Assembly: GCF_964355755.1 (NCBI RefSeq)
Contig: NC_092670.1
Coordinates: forward strand, 12,758,795 to 12,822,794
DNA: 64,000 nt
Direction of reading: 5' to 3'
Origin: Antedon mediterranea
Taxonomy: Eukaryota > Animalia > Echinodermata
Of this stretch, positions 51,444 through 64,000 are shown one piece after another. The first letter of the stretch is position 1. Every line of letters starts with the position of its first letter. The notes under the pieces were generated by a model. That model made no database searches, had not been told where the DNA came from, and worked only from the letters and a program-made list of their open reading frames with translations. The translations under genes were made by a program, and so were the position numbers.

Positions 51444-54400
51444 ATGTCTTCCATTTCAAGTATGGCACGCTTTAAAAATCCAACAAAATCAGGAAATAGT
51501 ACGTAAATATACTGATTTTAAGCCAATTTACTTTTAGGCCTAGCTACTAGGCCTAGGCCTACTACTAGCCTACACGAATACGATCGTCAGCAAAACACCA
51601 ACGCCGAGTCAAGACGACGCGACGACTGGACCACACGTTGATTTTTTAGGATAGATTAGATTAGTTTAGGCTAGGCTAGCCATAGTAAATGGCTGATTAT
51701 TATGAAGTGAAATAATATTTATTTCATGTTATGTCAATCACACATTAATAATTAATAACAACATAGCCTAAATATAATAAATTAATTTATTGAATTATGT
51801 TTAAATTAATAATGTGTGTGATTTGTTATTGTTAATTTATTAATATCATTCTATTGAATATTGTTTATTTTTATTAACATCTTTTCTGTATGTTGTTGCA
51901 GTTCCAACATTAAGCAGAAGCAGTAACATGCGTCGTAGTGGAAGTATGGGCAGTCTTCGACGTAGTGGGGGAACACCAACAGGCGGCTTGGCTCCAAACT
52001 TTAATGCCACGTAAGAAATTATTTTACTTTTCGATGACTAGACTTAGACTTAGACTTAGACTTAATGTTTGATGGAAATAGTTTAGGCTAGTGCCTATTA
52101 GATTCCATTTCTAGCCGAAAATAGTTGTAGAACAAAATTTAAAAAGGCCCTTTATACTTTAAACAATATTTACAATTTTTTTCATACAGTAATTTTGTTT
52201 CATTTTCCGTACAGTACTTCTCATTTTTTAGTAAAACTGTTAAATAATATGTTATATATTTTTGAAAACCTTTTTTATGTGTGTAACTGATTTTGCTAGT
52301 ATATTTTTTATTTCCAGGAAAACAGTCAAGAGCACGACTTCTGCAGGGTACCCAAACTTGGAAGCTGAGTATATCAAGAATCTTCAACAGCAAATATACT
52401 TCCTGGAATTGGAGGCTAACTATCTATATCCTTCACATAATAAAGATGCTCTAAACAACAATCTCAAATAATAATCTAAAAAAATATATATTAAATCCAA
52501 ACAATTGCTATTCAATTTGTTTAAATATTTCATCACTAACTTAACTTGCAACACATTAACTAATTAGCCCATCATACTCATAATGACTTTCATGTACGCA
52601 CTTTAAATTTGATAAGTTTCAGAGAATACCCGTTTCAGAATGTATGTTAGACAAGTGATAGAAATATCTTCCCACTGGATTTCAATGAAAGTATTATTGG
52701 ATGGTCTATTTGTTTTTTGCTTGACTGACTGTATTTAACACTGATAGAAAAAATCCCCGTAAACATCACAATTATATTAATTCTTTTTCTAGTGAGTATT
52801 AATTATTTTAATAATTAGTACTTACTAGAAAAAGCATTAATATAATCAATATAATTGCTTTAAAAAGCCTAATACATGACTGTAGCCTGGTAGTTGTGTT
52901 GGATGTTTATAATGAATAATGTAAGAATATTGTAAAGTAACTAATAAACATTTCTTAACGTATAAATACTCGGGATCAAACCAAAAAGGCGACTGAATTG
53001 CAACCACGAATGACAGAGGAGGCCACCAGGATGTTGGGTAAATTAAAGGTTAGTAATAGTAATACCCACCAGACTATGTTTGCTTATCTGTGTATATTTG
53101 TTTGGTCATCAAACAAGTTTCTTGGCCAAACATTCTTTCACATACTATTTGTTTTGCTTGTTTATAAAATAATGTCAATAAAAAATTGTTTAATAAAATA
53201 ATAACCCAGTACTCTGTGAACTATGACAAGTTTTACCTTTGTTATATTAAAGCCCAACTCGCCAAACATTTGATCTCAAAATATTAAATTATTTATATTG
53301 TTTATTCAATGCAGCTTATTCTTAATTAGTGTATTTAATTATAACTTTGTTTTGTTTTTAATTATTTTCTACTACTTAGTTTTGTTATTTTTAGAGCAGT
53401 TTTCTGTTTGGGCTCAGGCCTATTACTTGCTCCTGGCAAGATGAAATGTAAAACATACTTTTTTTAAGAACTTTTGCCGAATAAATATTATTATTTTAAT
53501 CCATACATTTTTTAGAAAAAAGAGGGATTTTATGTCACCTTTCACATTGTTTGAGGCAGCTAAGTTGAGGACACAGTAAATTCTTAATATTTTGCATTTT
53601 TGTTGGCATACTTGAAGACAGAGTAATGATAGGCAAATCGGTGATTATAAATAGTCAGCCATTTTTCTCATTTAGTATTTATGTGTTCTTTTCAATCTGA
53701 TAGGAACTACAAGTTGACGTTGATAACATGACACTTGAAATAAAGCGTAAAGAGTCTAACTTGGACTTGGTCAGTTCTGAAAAGGAGAGACTTGATAGCA
53801 GATTGAAAATGCTGGAAGGTGAGGGAGCTAAATTGCTTAAAATTTGTCAGTAGTAACTGTCAGTGTCTTGAGTAAAAGTGTTAATATCTTTTAAAATCAA
53901 TATTTTATTTAACGTTACAATCTGTGTTTTATCATTTATATTGAAAAATTTGTGTAGTGCTTTACTTTATTTTTAAACATAATGTTAGCTTATACAGTAG
54001 TTTGCTTTGTGTAAGTAATTTGTCTTATTTGTTTATGTATTGTCCTGTCATTGTCATGTTTTTATTGTTATTCTTCTTTTTATATGTATAAGTTATAAGG
54101 ATAGCCACACAATTGTTTTTTTCCTCTATTTTACTTTATTTTAAATATTTACTTTGTTATTTAATCTCATGCAATTTTGAAAATAAATTAAAGTTGAATC
54201 ATTTACTCTATGGGGTGGGCTTTTTTTTTTACTACTGTACCAAGCTAAAGCATGTGCCGTTACAGATTTCAATACTATGATTTCATGTCTTTCATTCTAG
54301 ATACACACAGCAGAGACAAAAAACTCTTAGTCGAAGAGGTAGTGATGTTGAAGAAACAGAATGAAATGATACAGCGCGACATTGCAGAAAAAGATCGCGA

Positions 54401-57400
54401 CATTCTAATAGCAAAGGCAGAGATTGATAAGAGAGCATCATCATTAAACAATGCTGAACACCAAATACAAATTATCAAAGCACAGGTAAGTTGGACTTTT
54501 AAACTGTTTCATCTGTTATTGCATATATTAAACTTTTGTGAGAACAGTCATTAAATTACAGTATTTTCTTCGAATACAAACGAATACGAATAGACCTTTA
54601 TTGCAATCAAACGAAAGATTTAAGTTTAACAAAAGCGTTTCACTCAGAAAAATAAAATGCAATATCAAAATATAAAAGACATTTAGAAAGGTAGAACATA
54701 CAATCAAAATATTAAAACAAAATTACAATAAAATATCACTTAATATAAAAACAATAAATATATATTCAAAATGTTAAAAACACGTTTAACTGAAAACATC
54801 AGAATATTGATATAGGCGTGCATTATAAAAATTTAAAAGTTTTAAACATTTTTACAAATTTAAAAAATGTTAAAAACTACGCAAATTTTCACAAATATTT
54901 ACACACAATGGTATGGAAGGTCGCGGAAACATAACACATAACACCTTGTATTTAAAGCTCTGTCTATACATGTGCCTAAATGTACCCAAATATGGTAGTA
55001 CTGTAATATGACGTATAATGTCCATATATATATGCATTGTCACATAAAGTTTGAGAGTGTAGACAGAGATTTACACAAGAAAATGCACGTCTGTCATTAC
55101 TGTCTGATTGATGATGAAGTTAACAGTGGCTACAAACTACAATCATCAATTTTAGAGAAGATATTGAGGAAAGAACTTAACGTAAAACCAACATAAAACT
55201 ACAAAATAGCAATTTCTTCTTTTGGAGATATGACAAGTTCCTAAAAAATGCTTGCTTCTAAGACTACTAAAAAATAAATGCTAAATTGCTATCTCTATCA
55301 CTTTTTTATTCAAAGTTGGATCAGAAGAGTGATCAGTTACGATCTACACAGACTGCATTGGAAGAGAAACGTACTGACCTTGTCAAGACACAGTCACAGC
55401 TGCATGAGATGGAAGATAGGTTTTATTCAAGTACTGCTGCACTCCAAGATAAGGCAGTGGAAGACCATAAAGTATGGAAATCAGTGATATTTGTTGTGTA
55501 TACTACCACTGTACTCTATGACTGGTGTAGATTAAGAAAGATTTGTATAGTGCCAATATCAATAAAAGATATAAATATTTTTGGGCCACAGCATTTACGG
55601 TAATTACAGTAATTTGTTTGATGAGATGAAGAAGGCAAGCAAGAAATAAAATTGTTAGAAATAATAATTATGAAATAATTGGTTTACATTTTTGTAGAAT
55701 CATATACGAGTATTACAACAGAAACTGAGAGAGGCAGAACTGACTGCGGAACAAGACAGATACATGAAGAATAAAGTAAATATATGTTTGTTTATGTACA
55801 ACCTATAGTATATTGTAAAAAACACATTGGTAGTTTCATTTTACCTTAACAAGCAGACTGGGATACAGTCTTGATAGGATATTAATCTGTAGTTCAGGTA
55901 ATCTTGAGAAAAGAATCATTTTCATATACTGCCCAATTTACCATGAGAAAAACCTGACTGGATTCTGGTCTTTACAAACCTAGGTGTCGAATAAATAAAC
56001 CCTAACTTACATTTGCATAATATCCCTTTCATAAATATTTACTGTATTTTCATTGCCTTTGAACAGATGTCAGATGATTGTGGTAATCTTGTAAAAGAGA
56101 ATGCTTTATTTGGAACTCAGGTACTGGAACTTCAAAAACAGTTAGAAAGAGTAAGTGCAGCTTCTACCATACACACTTGGTAACTAGTTATATTTAAGAT
56201 AGTGGCTATCAGTCCAGTCGACCATAGATGTAATCTCTTTTGCCACAGTTCACCATGTGTCTACTGTACATTTTCTATCCACAAAGTCATTGATAGCCTT
56301 CGACAATGTAAATGTAGCCAAAAGTTAAATACATCTCAGCTTTGTACACCTTTGTGCACTAAGAATTCTGGATCTGACACACCCAATAGCTGAATGTCTT
56401 TGGCAGCTCTTGTCTGTCCTCACAGTGCTCACTTTATTATACGTATCAATGAACGGAACAATACTTCAGAACCAGAAGTGATTGAATTAAGTTTATTGTT
56501 CCATTTCAATTATTGCACAATAAACACTTCTTATTTAGGAGCGTGATTTGAGAGAAAGTCGGGACAACACACATGCTAGTAGCATCACAGAACTGGTGAG
56601 CTTCCGAGACAAAGAAAAACATCATCATTTTGAGTTAAATCAACTGAAGGATCAACTACGATATGAAAGAGAGCGTGTAGAACATCTCATGCAGCAGGTA
56701 AATGTCTGAATGTTTAACCTGTCTGGAGGGTGAAAGGAGACTAGGGCACAATAAGAGATTATGGCTAAGTTCTAACTTCTACTTTACTTATGTTAAGTGC
56801 CCAGGCTGCTACAAAAGAAGGAATTCCACTGTTGAGATAGACTAGAGTTAAACACCATAATAACATCTTGGATCTACATTGTGCATATCTTTAAAAATTG
56901 GCTTTTAGCCGTAACGATTTATTTTACTACTTTTTCATTTGTTTCTCTTTCATAGCTTTCAAAACAGGAGCACCAGAACACAACTACTACTTTAGGCCAC
57001 AACACGACAAAGAGCAGGCTAGCAGAGATTGAAGGGCGCTTTGGAGGGTTAGAACAAGACAACACAGCCTTGCGTAGGGACAAGATGTTACTGGTTGATC
57101 ATGTATCAGACCTCCAACGACAGGTAAAGAAACAACATTTTGTGATTATGAATTAGTCCTCCATAGCTATTATAGTAATTAATTACACCAGAGTTATTAC
57201 TATCAATGTGGTCAGCTGGATCCACATTCCTTGTAAACCTTCATTCCATTTTAACCTAATTTCATTGTAACTTGTTACAATGACAGTTAAACAGTTAATC
57301 TGTGCCGCTATAGTGAGTTTACAAAACAGGATGGTTTGACGGACTACTTAATAACGCAATTGCACAATAATACTATCATGGTAATTAAAGGACAGTTGAA

Positions 57401-57778
57401 AGTCTGTATGTAACAAAAGGTATATGCAAATGCAATCCTCCTCATTATACTGTCCTTTTTCATATATCCACTAATATGTGCCATAGTTCTGTACTACAAA
57501 CCGACACTATGCGAAATACATACAAAGTTGTCTTCCAACACTTTTATCAATGAAATGTTGCTATATTTGCATAGCTTTCAGAGAAGGAGCAAGCAGTGAT
57601 CAGCCTACAGACTCACATGCGCACATTAGAACTTGAGCTACAAGGTTACGAGCGCAAGTCAAAACTAGAATCCACAATCCAGACACAGAAATGGGAGGAG
57701 TTTGAGAAGATGGCAGAGAGTATGAAGATGTTGTCTCACAGTATGACAGCAAGATCAGGTGACCTTGACTTTGCATAA
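51444..57778 (+). CDS. Uncharacterised coiled-coil protein, 486 aa, 12 exons: 51444-51459, 51902-52010, 52318-52425, 52970-53048, 53704-53818, 54301-54485, 55316-55471, 55698-55775, 56067-56150, 56539-56697, 56956-57123, 57575-57778
   Basis: Exon phases join to a 1,461-nt ORF: an S/R/G-rich N-terminus, then EAEYIKNLQQQIYFLELEANYLRDQ, long heptad-rich E/K/Q/L segments, and the C-terminus QKWEEFEKMAESMKMLSHSM. The first exon is the least certain. Confidence 0.85.
52426..52969 (+). other. U12-type (minor spliceosome) AT-AC intron
   Basis: 5' site ATATCCTT, branch point TTCTTAAC (52952-52959), 3' AC 10 nt downstream; removing the intron restores the frame (NYL|RDQTKK). Confidence 0.93.
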
Positions 57779-59303
57779 TCAGGTGACAAAATGGTGGGTT
57801 GTATTACGAGTGTTGTCAACATGTAACTACAGAACTAAAGAGAGTATGTAATCTTACATGATCAAAACTAACAAACATTGTTGTGCAACCTTTTTTTAAT
57901 TGAATATGAATTATTTACTTAATTAAAAATTCACACATTGCCTAGGTCTCTCTTGGGCAAACTGTTTAGTTGCAAATTTTATGCATGAGTGATTTTTCAA
58001 TAGCACTCTCAATTTGAGATCTTGGTAAGAATTCATACTGATGTCAGTAACACAAAATAATATCCAACCGACCAAGTTTTTAAATATATTTTTTTAGGCC
58101 TCATCAGAACAATACATTTAAAGAAGTATTTTAACTTTGTAGTATTTAGTCTATGCATTGTCTTAAAAGTAGTTGAACTAACATTCAGAATATAGCAACC
58201 ACCAAATACAGTCAAACAGTAAACTGCAACCATGAAGGTATAAAATATTGTACATCTCCATGCTGCAACACTAATACTTATGACACAAGGTCAGACTTCC
58301 CACAATCACATGATGTCAATTTGCCTCTTTCCCACAAATTTTCTTGCACATGCAGAGAGCACAGTAAATATCTATTTGTTCACTAATAATTCGCATATTT
58401 TATAGTTTATAATATTTTTGTAAGTTAACTTTTAAATATTTATATTTCTTAAACGCTTATATTTATTTTAGTTGTATTTCATTAACTTCAATACTTCACA
58501 GAAAGTTAATTTTAATGTTTACGTAGAAAGCTTTAGTTTATAAAAATACTTGATATTATTTTGAAATGCAACAAATAAAACATAATGATGACTGTATGTA
58601 AATATTTTATATTCAAATTGTTAATACAATAATGTAGTAAGTAGTTACTGCAGTAACTGCAGTTGAATAACCTTGACATGATCTCCGTGTCCTATTTTGG
58701 TTACATTTGGCTGTAACTAAAGGAGTTAATTTTAGTCACCTGTTATAGCTGGATATAATACTAATAAAATAATATTAATTTCCATTATTATTACAATGTA
58801 ATATAAGTATGATTGCTGTGCTACAGTATAATTAAATTTTAAATAATAATTTGCAATATTTATTACTGTATTTGTATAGGAGCTATTGACGTGAAGACTC
58901 TTTTTATATGAGCAAAGAACCAAATTAAAACTTTAAATAATGTTGTAAAAATTACTTACTAATTATAATGTTTCATAATGCGTTAGTTTATCATTGAAAT
59001 AGAAAAGGCCAGCAAAAGGCTGGACGAATGTTTAACATTTTTAATTATGTTTTCTGTTTGATTTCTTGCTAACGTATGTTAAAATTAATACCCAATTTCA
59101 ATAAAATTGTATTTAATAATAAAAATGTGTGTGTGCGTGTCACTTTGGCATTAACATAATTAAAGTATTCAATTCATATAAGCTCATGCCACATTAAATT
59201 TCTGCCCGTTCTCTATAATGTTTTTAACTTTGTTATGATTTTCTTTTAAAGAAAAACCTACCAATAAATTTCATAGTAAAATATACCTAATTAATTTAGA
59301 CTT

Positions 59304-62300
59304 CTATTGTTCTGGGGCTTTTTCAAAGCCATGCTGCCATTCTGGTTTTCTTTTCTTTATAAATGCATCTATACCTTCTTGGCCGTCTCGTAGGCCTAAA
59401 TTTTCAACCATCACTTGACTTGCCTGCCTGTAACAAAATAGGAAAAGTTCAACCTTGATAGATCTATTTAATTATGTCTATTAATAAATACAAAGCTTCA
59501 GTTAATTTTGTAGCTACAGTAGCAGAGAGAATATTATGTGGCTTTGTTATGTTAATAGTGCTAATATAGTTGGCATTATAAAATTAAAATATGCTGCATC
59601 AATTACAGTATAACCTAAAAATGTATGCTGTTCTGTCTCTTTAGTGCTAAACACTCATAATTTAGCTGATGGATTTGAAGTGGACATTGTTATATTTCTG
59701 ACCTTTGTTACTCGACTCTTAAGCTCCTAATGCCCACTGTAATAATTTGACCAATCACAAGACGATAGATCGTACGAACAGTTGCTTGTGATTGGTCAAC
59801 TCACTTGCCTACAGTATGTTGTTGTGTTGCTTCCAAGTGGGAACCACACTTTTGAGTACCTGATTCTCAGTACTGTATCCAGTATAATATGTCATCTATA
59901 TTAAGGTTATGCTTTGGGTCTATGATTACAGTTATCACATGTGATGCATATGTAACACTGTATTACAGAATTTGCCTATGATACTAGAAAGAAAATGCCA
60001 AATATGGAGAAACAGTTTTTAGAGTGACTGAACACAAAGGAGACAGAGGTGAAAGGTCAAAAACAGGAAAACTTAGTACCTATAAGCTGAGTTTCTATCT
60101 TTTGTCATCTGACCATTAAAACAAGCTTTGCCTAATGCTGTTACTGATCTGCTGGCTTTACAAATCTTTTGTGCAATCTGCAAAGTCTGCAAAAAAGAAT
60201 AGTATTATTACTGTAAATCATCTTATTAATGACAATTATTTTTAATAAAAAGACCTTAAAATGGAATAATCTTTCAAGTATTTTATAAATAGTCGACTCT
60301 CACAATACCGGACTCTCTAAAAACCAGAAACTCTCCCAAAACCAGACTTTTCTTGAGGTCCAAAATTCATTTTTACCATTACTGAAACACATTCCGAATA
60401 CCAGAAAGAAAATTAGACATATTAGGCCAGACCAAAGGTGTCTGGTGTTGGGAAAGTTGACTGCATTACCATGTTAACAAGGACACACCAATGGTGAAAC
60501 AAGCTACAGCAGTATCACCATCACATATTTAAAGAAAGTAATCAAAACAATACTAGGTTATCACACCAACCTGTTCTTCAAGTTCTGCTTCAGGAACAAC
60601 ACGGCTAACCAATCCATGACGCAAAGCCACTGAAGAACAAATAAAGTATAATAATAATTGCTAGTGTAGGTTTCAAATTTAAGATTTACAGCCTAGTAAT
60701 GTACGGTAATATTATACTGTAACCAGGGAGTTGTTAATTCTGTAATATTTTGCTTTATTTAACATGTGTCTTCATTACCTTCAGCTGTGATTGGTTCACC
60801 AGTAAACAACATCTCCATAGCAACCTTCCGAGGGACTGCCCTTCCCAATGCAACACCAGGAGTTGAGCAAAATAGTCCAACATTCACACTAAAAAACATA
60901 AAGTTACACTGTTTGTAAACACATATAATTTATTCAAAACCAATCAAATCGCAATAATTAATTCTCTTTTTGTTTTAAACTATACATACCCAGGAGTTGC
61001 AAATCTTGAGTTGTCTGCGGCAACTGCTATATCACAGCTTGCTACCAGCTGACAGCCTGCAGCTGTAGCGAGTCCTTGTACCTGTGCAATCACTGGTACA
61101 GGTATATCCTGAACTAACATCATCACCTCTGAACACCTGTCAAACACCTGTGTATGGTAATCTCTGCCTTCTTTTGATGTCTGTAATTACAATTCATGTG
61201 TCATTCTGGTTTCAGAAAGTGTTGACTAAAAATTGCTGATAATGATATTATCCCATTATTGCTCTCACAAAGGAACAGTAAGAAATTGGGTTAGTAAATA
61301 GTCAGTGGGCAGGTAAAGTGATACCTAGATAACTAGATGAGTTATAAGTAAAACATAAACAAAATCAAGCACTTTTATCATACAAAATATTGATAAATCA
61401 TGGAAATTTATTTAGAAACAATATTAACACACAGACTCTGAAATAATCGTTTCATAAACAACATAGGCCTAAACTCAAGGATTATGTTGCTTTTTTACGA
61501 AACTAGGAGTTTAGGAGAGTATTTAGTATATTTCAAGAAAGTGTAGGCCCTACATCAGTAGCCCTTCAATTTGCAAGCAATGTTGTTCACTAATGTCATC
61601 GAGAGTCAACCAATTGCAATGTTACTTACAAGTTCTTTGAGGTCATGACCTGAGCAAAACACTGGACCAGCAGACGACAATATAATTACACGTAATTCTT
61701 CATTCTCTGCATCTTCTAACAGGTCAGATTTTAGGCTATTCAGCATAGATAATGACAGAGCATTTCTGAAATAAAAATATTACCATACATCAGCAAGTAA
61801 TCTAAAAAAATGAGACAGGAAATTATATAATAATAATAATATATATAATTTCCAATCTCATCATTTATATGATAGATTATTTTATTAATTTATATTATTT
61901 TCTATTGACAATTAAAGCTTTATTAGGTTTTGATTGTGAAAACAGAAAATAAGTTTCACCTTTTCTTTAGATCATTTAAAAATATTTTCTTGATTCCATT
62001 TTCAAGGGATGAAATTGTGTACTGGTGGTTTGATGATGTATTAGAATATTGACGAAACAATTTCTGCAAAACAAATAACAGAAAACCTGACTGAATTAAT
62101 ATATATAGCCTCCTCCTAGCCTAGCTACACTACGGCCTAGTAGAGTAGTGCGCCTATTTAATATTAAATTATTATTTGTTATTATAAAGTTACTCTATAA
62201 ATTTAATATCTTTAATGAACTAATTATTGCGTGCGTATATCTTTGTGTTTAATTTAATTTGAATATAACATAACATTAATGAAAACTTATTTAGTGTAGG

Positions 62301-62577
62301 CCTAGCCTAGGACCTCATCGTCAAAACGGTGGCTGACGACCACACTACAGTCTCTATTCGGTAAATTTCTACAGGACTAATCTGACGAAGACTGGCCTAG
62401 CTAAAATGTCAATAGTTCTACTGGTTTAAATCGCTCTAAAATAATATTTTTAACATTAATATAAATTAAATACATCGTAGTCTATACTTATACTAAATTA
62501 AAATCACATATCATTCAACTAACATTAGAAACCCGGAAGCCTGTTAAGTTTAAAACTTTTAACATGGACAGCGCCAT
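59304..62577 (-). CDS. ECHDC3: Enoyl-CoA hydratase domain-containing protein 3, mitochondrial; exons 62524-62577, 61960-62063, 61630-61765, 60990-61180, 60779-60888, 60571-60629, 60080-60186, 59304-59427
   Basis: [80 protein letters not shown] and [17 protein letters not shown]; all exon phases are consistent. Confidence 0.95.
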
Positions 62578-62700
62578 GTTTGTTTTTGTGACATATCTTA
62601 TAGTGATTCTGATTGGCTGAACGATGATTGATTAATTGCCAACGCAACACCAATAAACAATCCTGGAACGTGTCTCCATGGAAGTCGGACGCGCATATTG
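62578..62700. promoter_or_regulatory. CCAAT-box promoter of ECHDC3, probably shared with the downstream divergent gene
   Basis: CTGATTGGCT (approx. 62609-62618) and CACCAAT (approx. 62648-62655) in opposite orientations just upstream of the ECHDC3 ATG. Confidence 0.55.
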
Positions 62701-63202
62701 TATTTTATCGATTGAGAGTAGATCATGTTCAACCGTTTATAAAAGTAAATTCTTAGATCATTGTTGCTTATTTACGACAGTTTATTGCTGTGATAATCGA
62801 AGCACGATTCTTGTGGATTACAGACCGTTGATTACTATAGTATAGACTAATTTATGCCTGATGTTTTCTTCTACTAGGCTCAACCTGGAGATGTCCGATA
62901 GTCAATCTTATTCAGATTTCACCGTGCTTAATTAACCGGCAAGAGCGAATTTTCCTAATTCATGACACTGGACAGACATAATTCGTTTTAGCTATCTTAT
63001 TGGATTTATTAAATTTAATGTCCAGCTATTTTTCTACTTTTCTTAGAGAAGAATGAAGTAGTTATTATATTCTTTAAAACCATACCACCACCGAGTTTTA
63101 AGTCGAGTGATAAATTGTGAACTTTACACAAAGTTCGCAGATTGAGAAAGATGGTATTGAGGACGATAAGAAATCAACATTTTTTATGAATATTATGTCA
63201 AA

Positions 63203-63293
63203 ATGACGTTTATGAATATTTATACGTGTGTTATATTGTGTGCAATAGTTCTTAATCAATTCCTGTTAATTGAAACAGCTGGATCGTGCAAAG
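63203..63293 (+). CDS. Probable first coding exon (signal peptide) of a secreted or membrane protein continuing beyond the window
   Basis: MTFMNIYTCVILCAIVLNQFLLIETAGSCK is followed by a phase-1 donor AAG|GTGAGA. Confidence 0.55.
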
Positions 63294-64000
63294 GTGAGAA
63301 ATTAATAAAAAAAGAAATGAAAATGGTATTAATATATTTAAAATTTATTAAGTAGCACATTCCATGGAATTGGACTTTTGGCAAGAAATAATCATGATTT
63401 CTTTATAGGCCCTAAACATATTTTGCATAAGAAATATTAATGTTTAGGTTAATTTAGCTTCTTCAAATGTACAGTATAATATAACTATTTAATATATAAA
63501 TCCAAAGGCAAAATACTGAAAAAATGACAATTCTGTGGGTATCAGTGACTAGATCTCATTTTAATAGTCTATTTTTATTTAATGTGCGCTTGAATTTCAT
63601 TTTATTAATGCTTTATGCTACCTGTATTTAAATTGTATCATATTCACAAATCTATCTAATCGATCTAATTTCCCTGGTAGACTTACAGTATTAATATTTT
63701 CCTTTGGTATCATGACCCTTAACCATGAGTTATAAGTACTATATGCTGTAATATCATGTACTTCATTATGTACTTTTGGATTTGTTTAACCATGGATACT
63801 GCACATGTAGTAATAATTAATATCTACATCTTAAATTGTTGGCACATGATGGATAATCAGTTTCCTTTTATTGTTTTACTTATGAAAAATAATGTTTAAT
63901 GTTATTATGAATGAAAATAGTTCTATAAAGAAGTGAATGTATGAGAAAGGTGATTTTATAGGCCAACCAGTGACGTGTTGTGGCGAGATTTTAATTTTAT

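Overview
This is an AT-rich, intron-dense animal genomic window; it is probably from a marine invertebrate, which I infer from the Deu/Nin-SINE and the transposon repertoire. Host genes, reconstructed by hand from splice sites: the 3' part of TTLL4 (+); a complete intron-containing S33 proline iminopeptidase (-); VPS11 (-) with a long Q/P-rich NPF tail; an uncharacterised 486-aa coiled-coil gene (+) with a U12 AT-AC intron; ECHDC3 (-); and the signal-peptide first exon of a further gene (+). The richest region is the 19.7-kb first intron of the iminopeptidase gene (16878-36584). It holds four things. (i) An intact 9,024-bp Ty3/Gypsy element that looks very young, with a PNMA-like Gag, a GGGAAAC -1 frameshift plus pseudoknot, and LTRs carrying what looks like a captured spliced copy of their own leader exon. 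(ii) An antisense nested TIR-only gene with a GC-AG intron, a candidate microexon and two possible last exons. (iii) A candidate alternative first exon for the peptidase. (iv) A three-level nest of DNA transposons. All calls come from reading the sequence; no searches or alignments were run.
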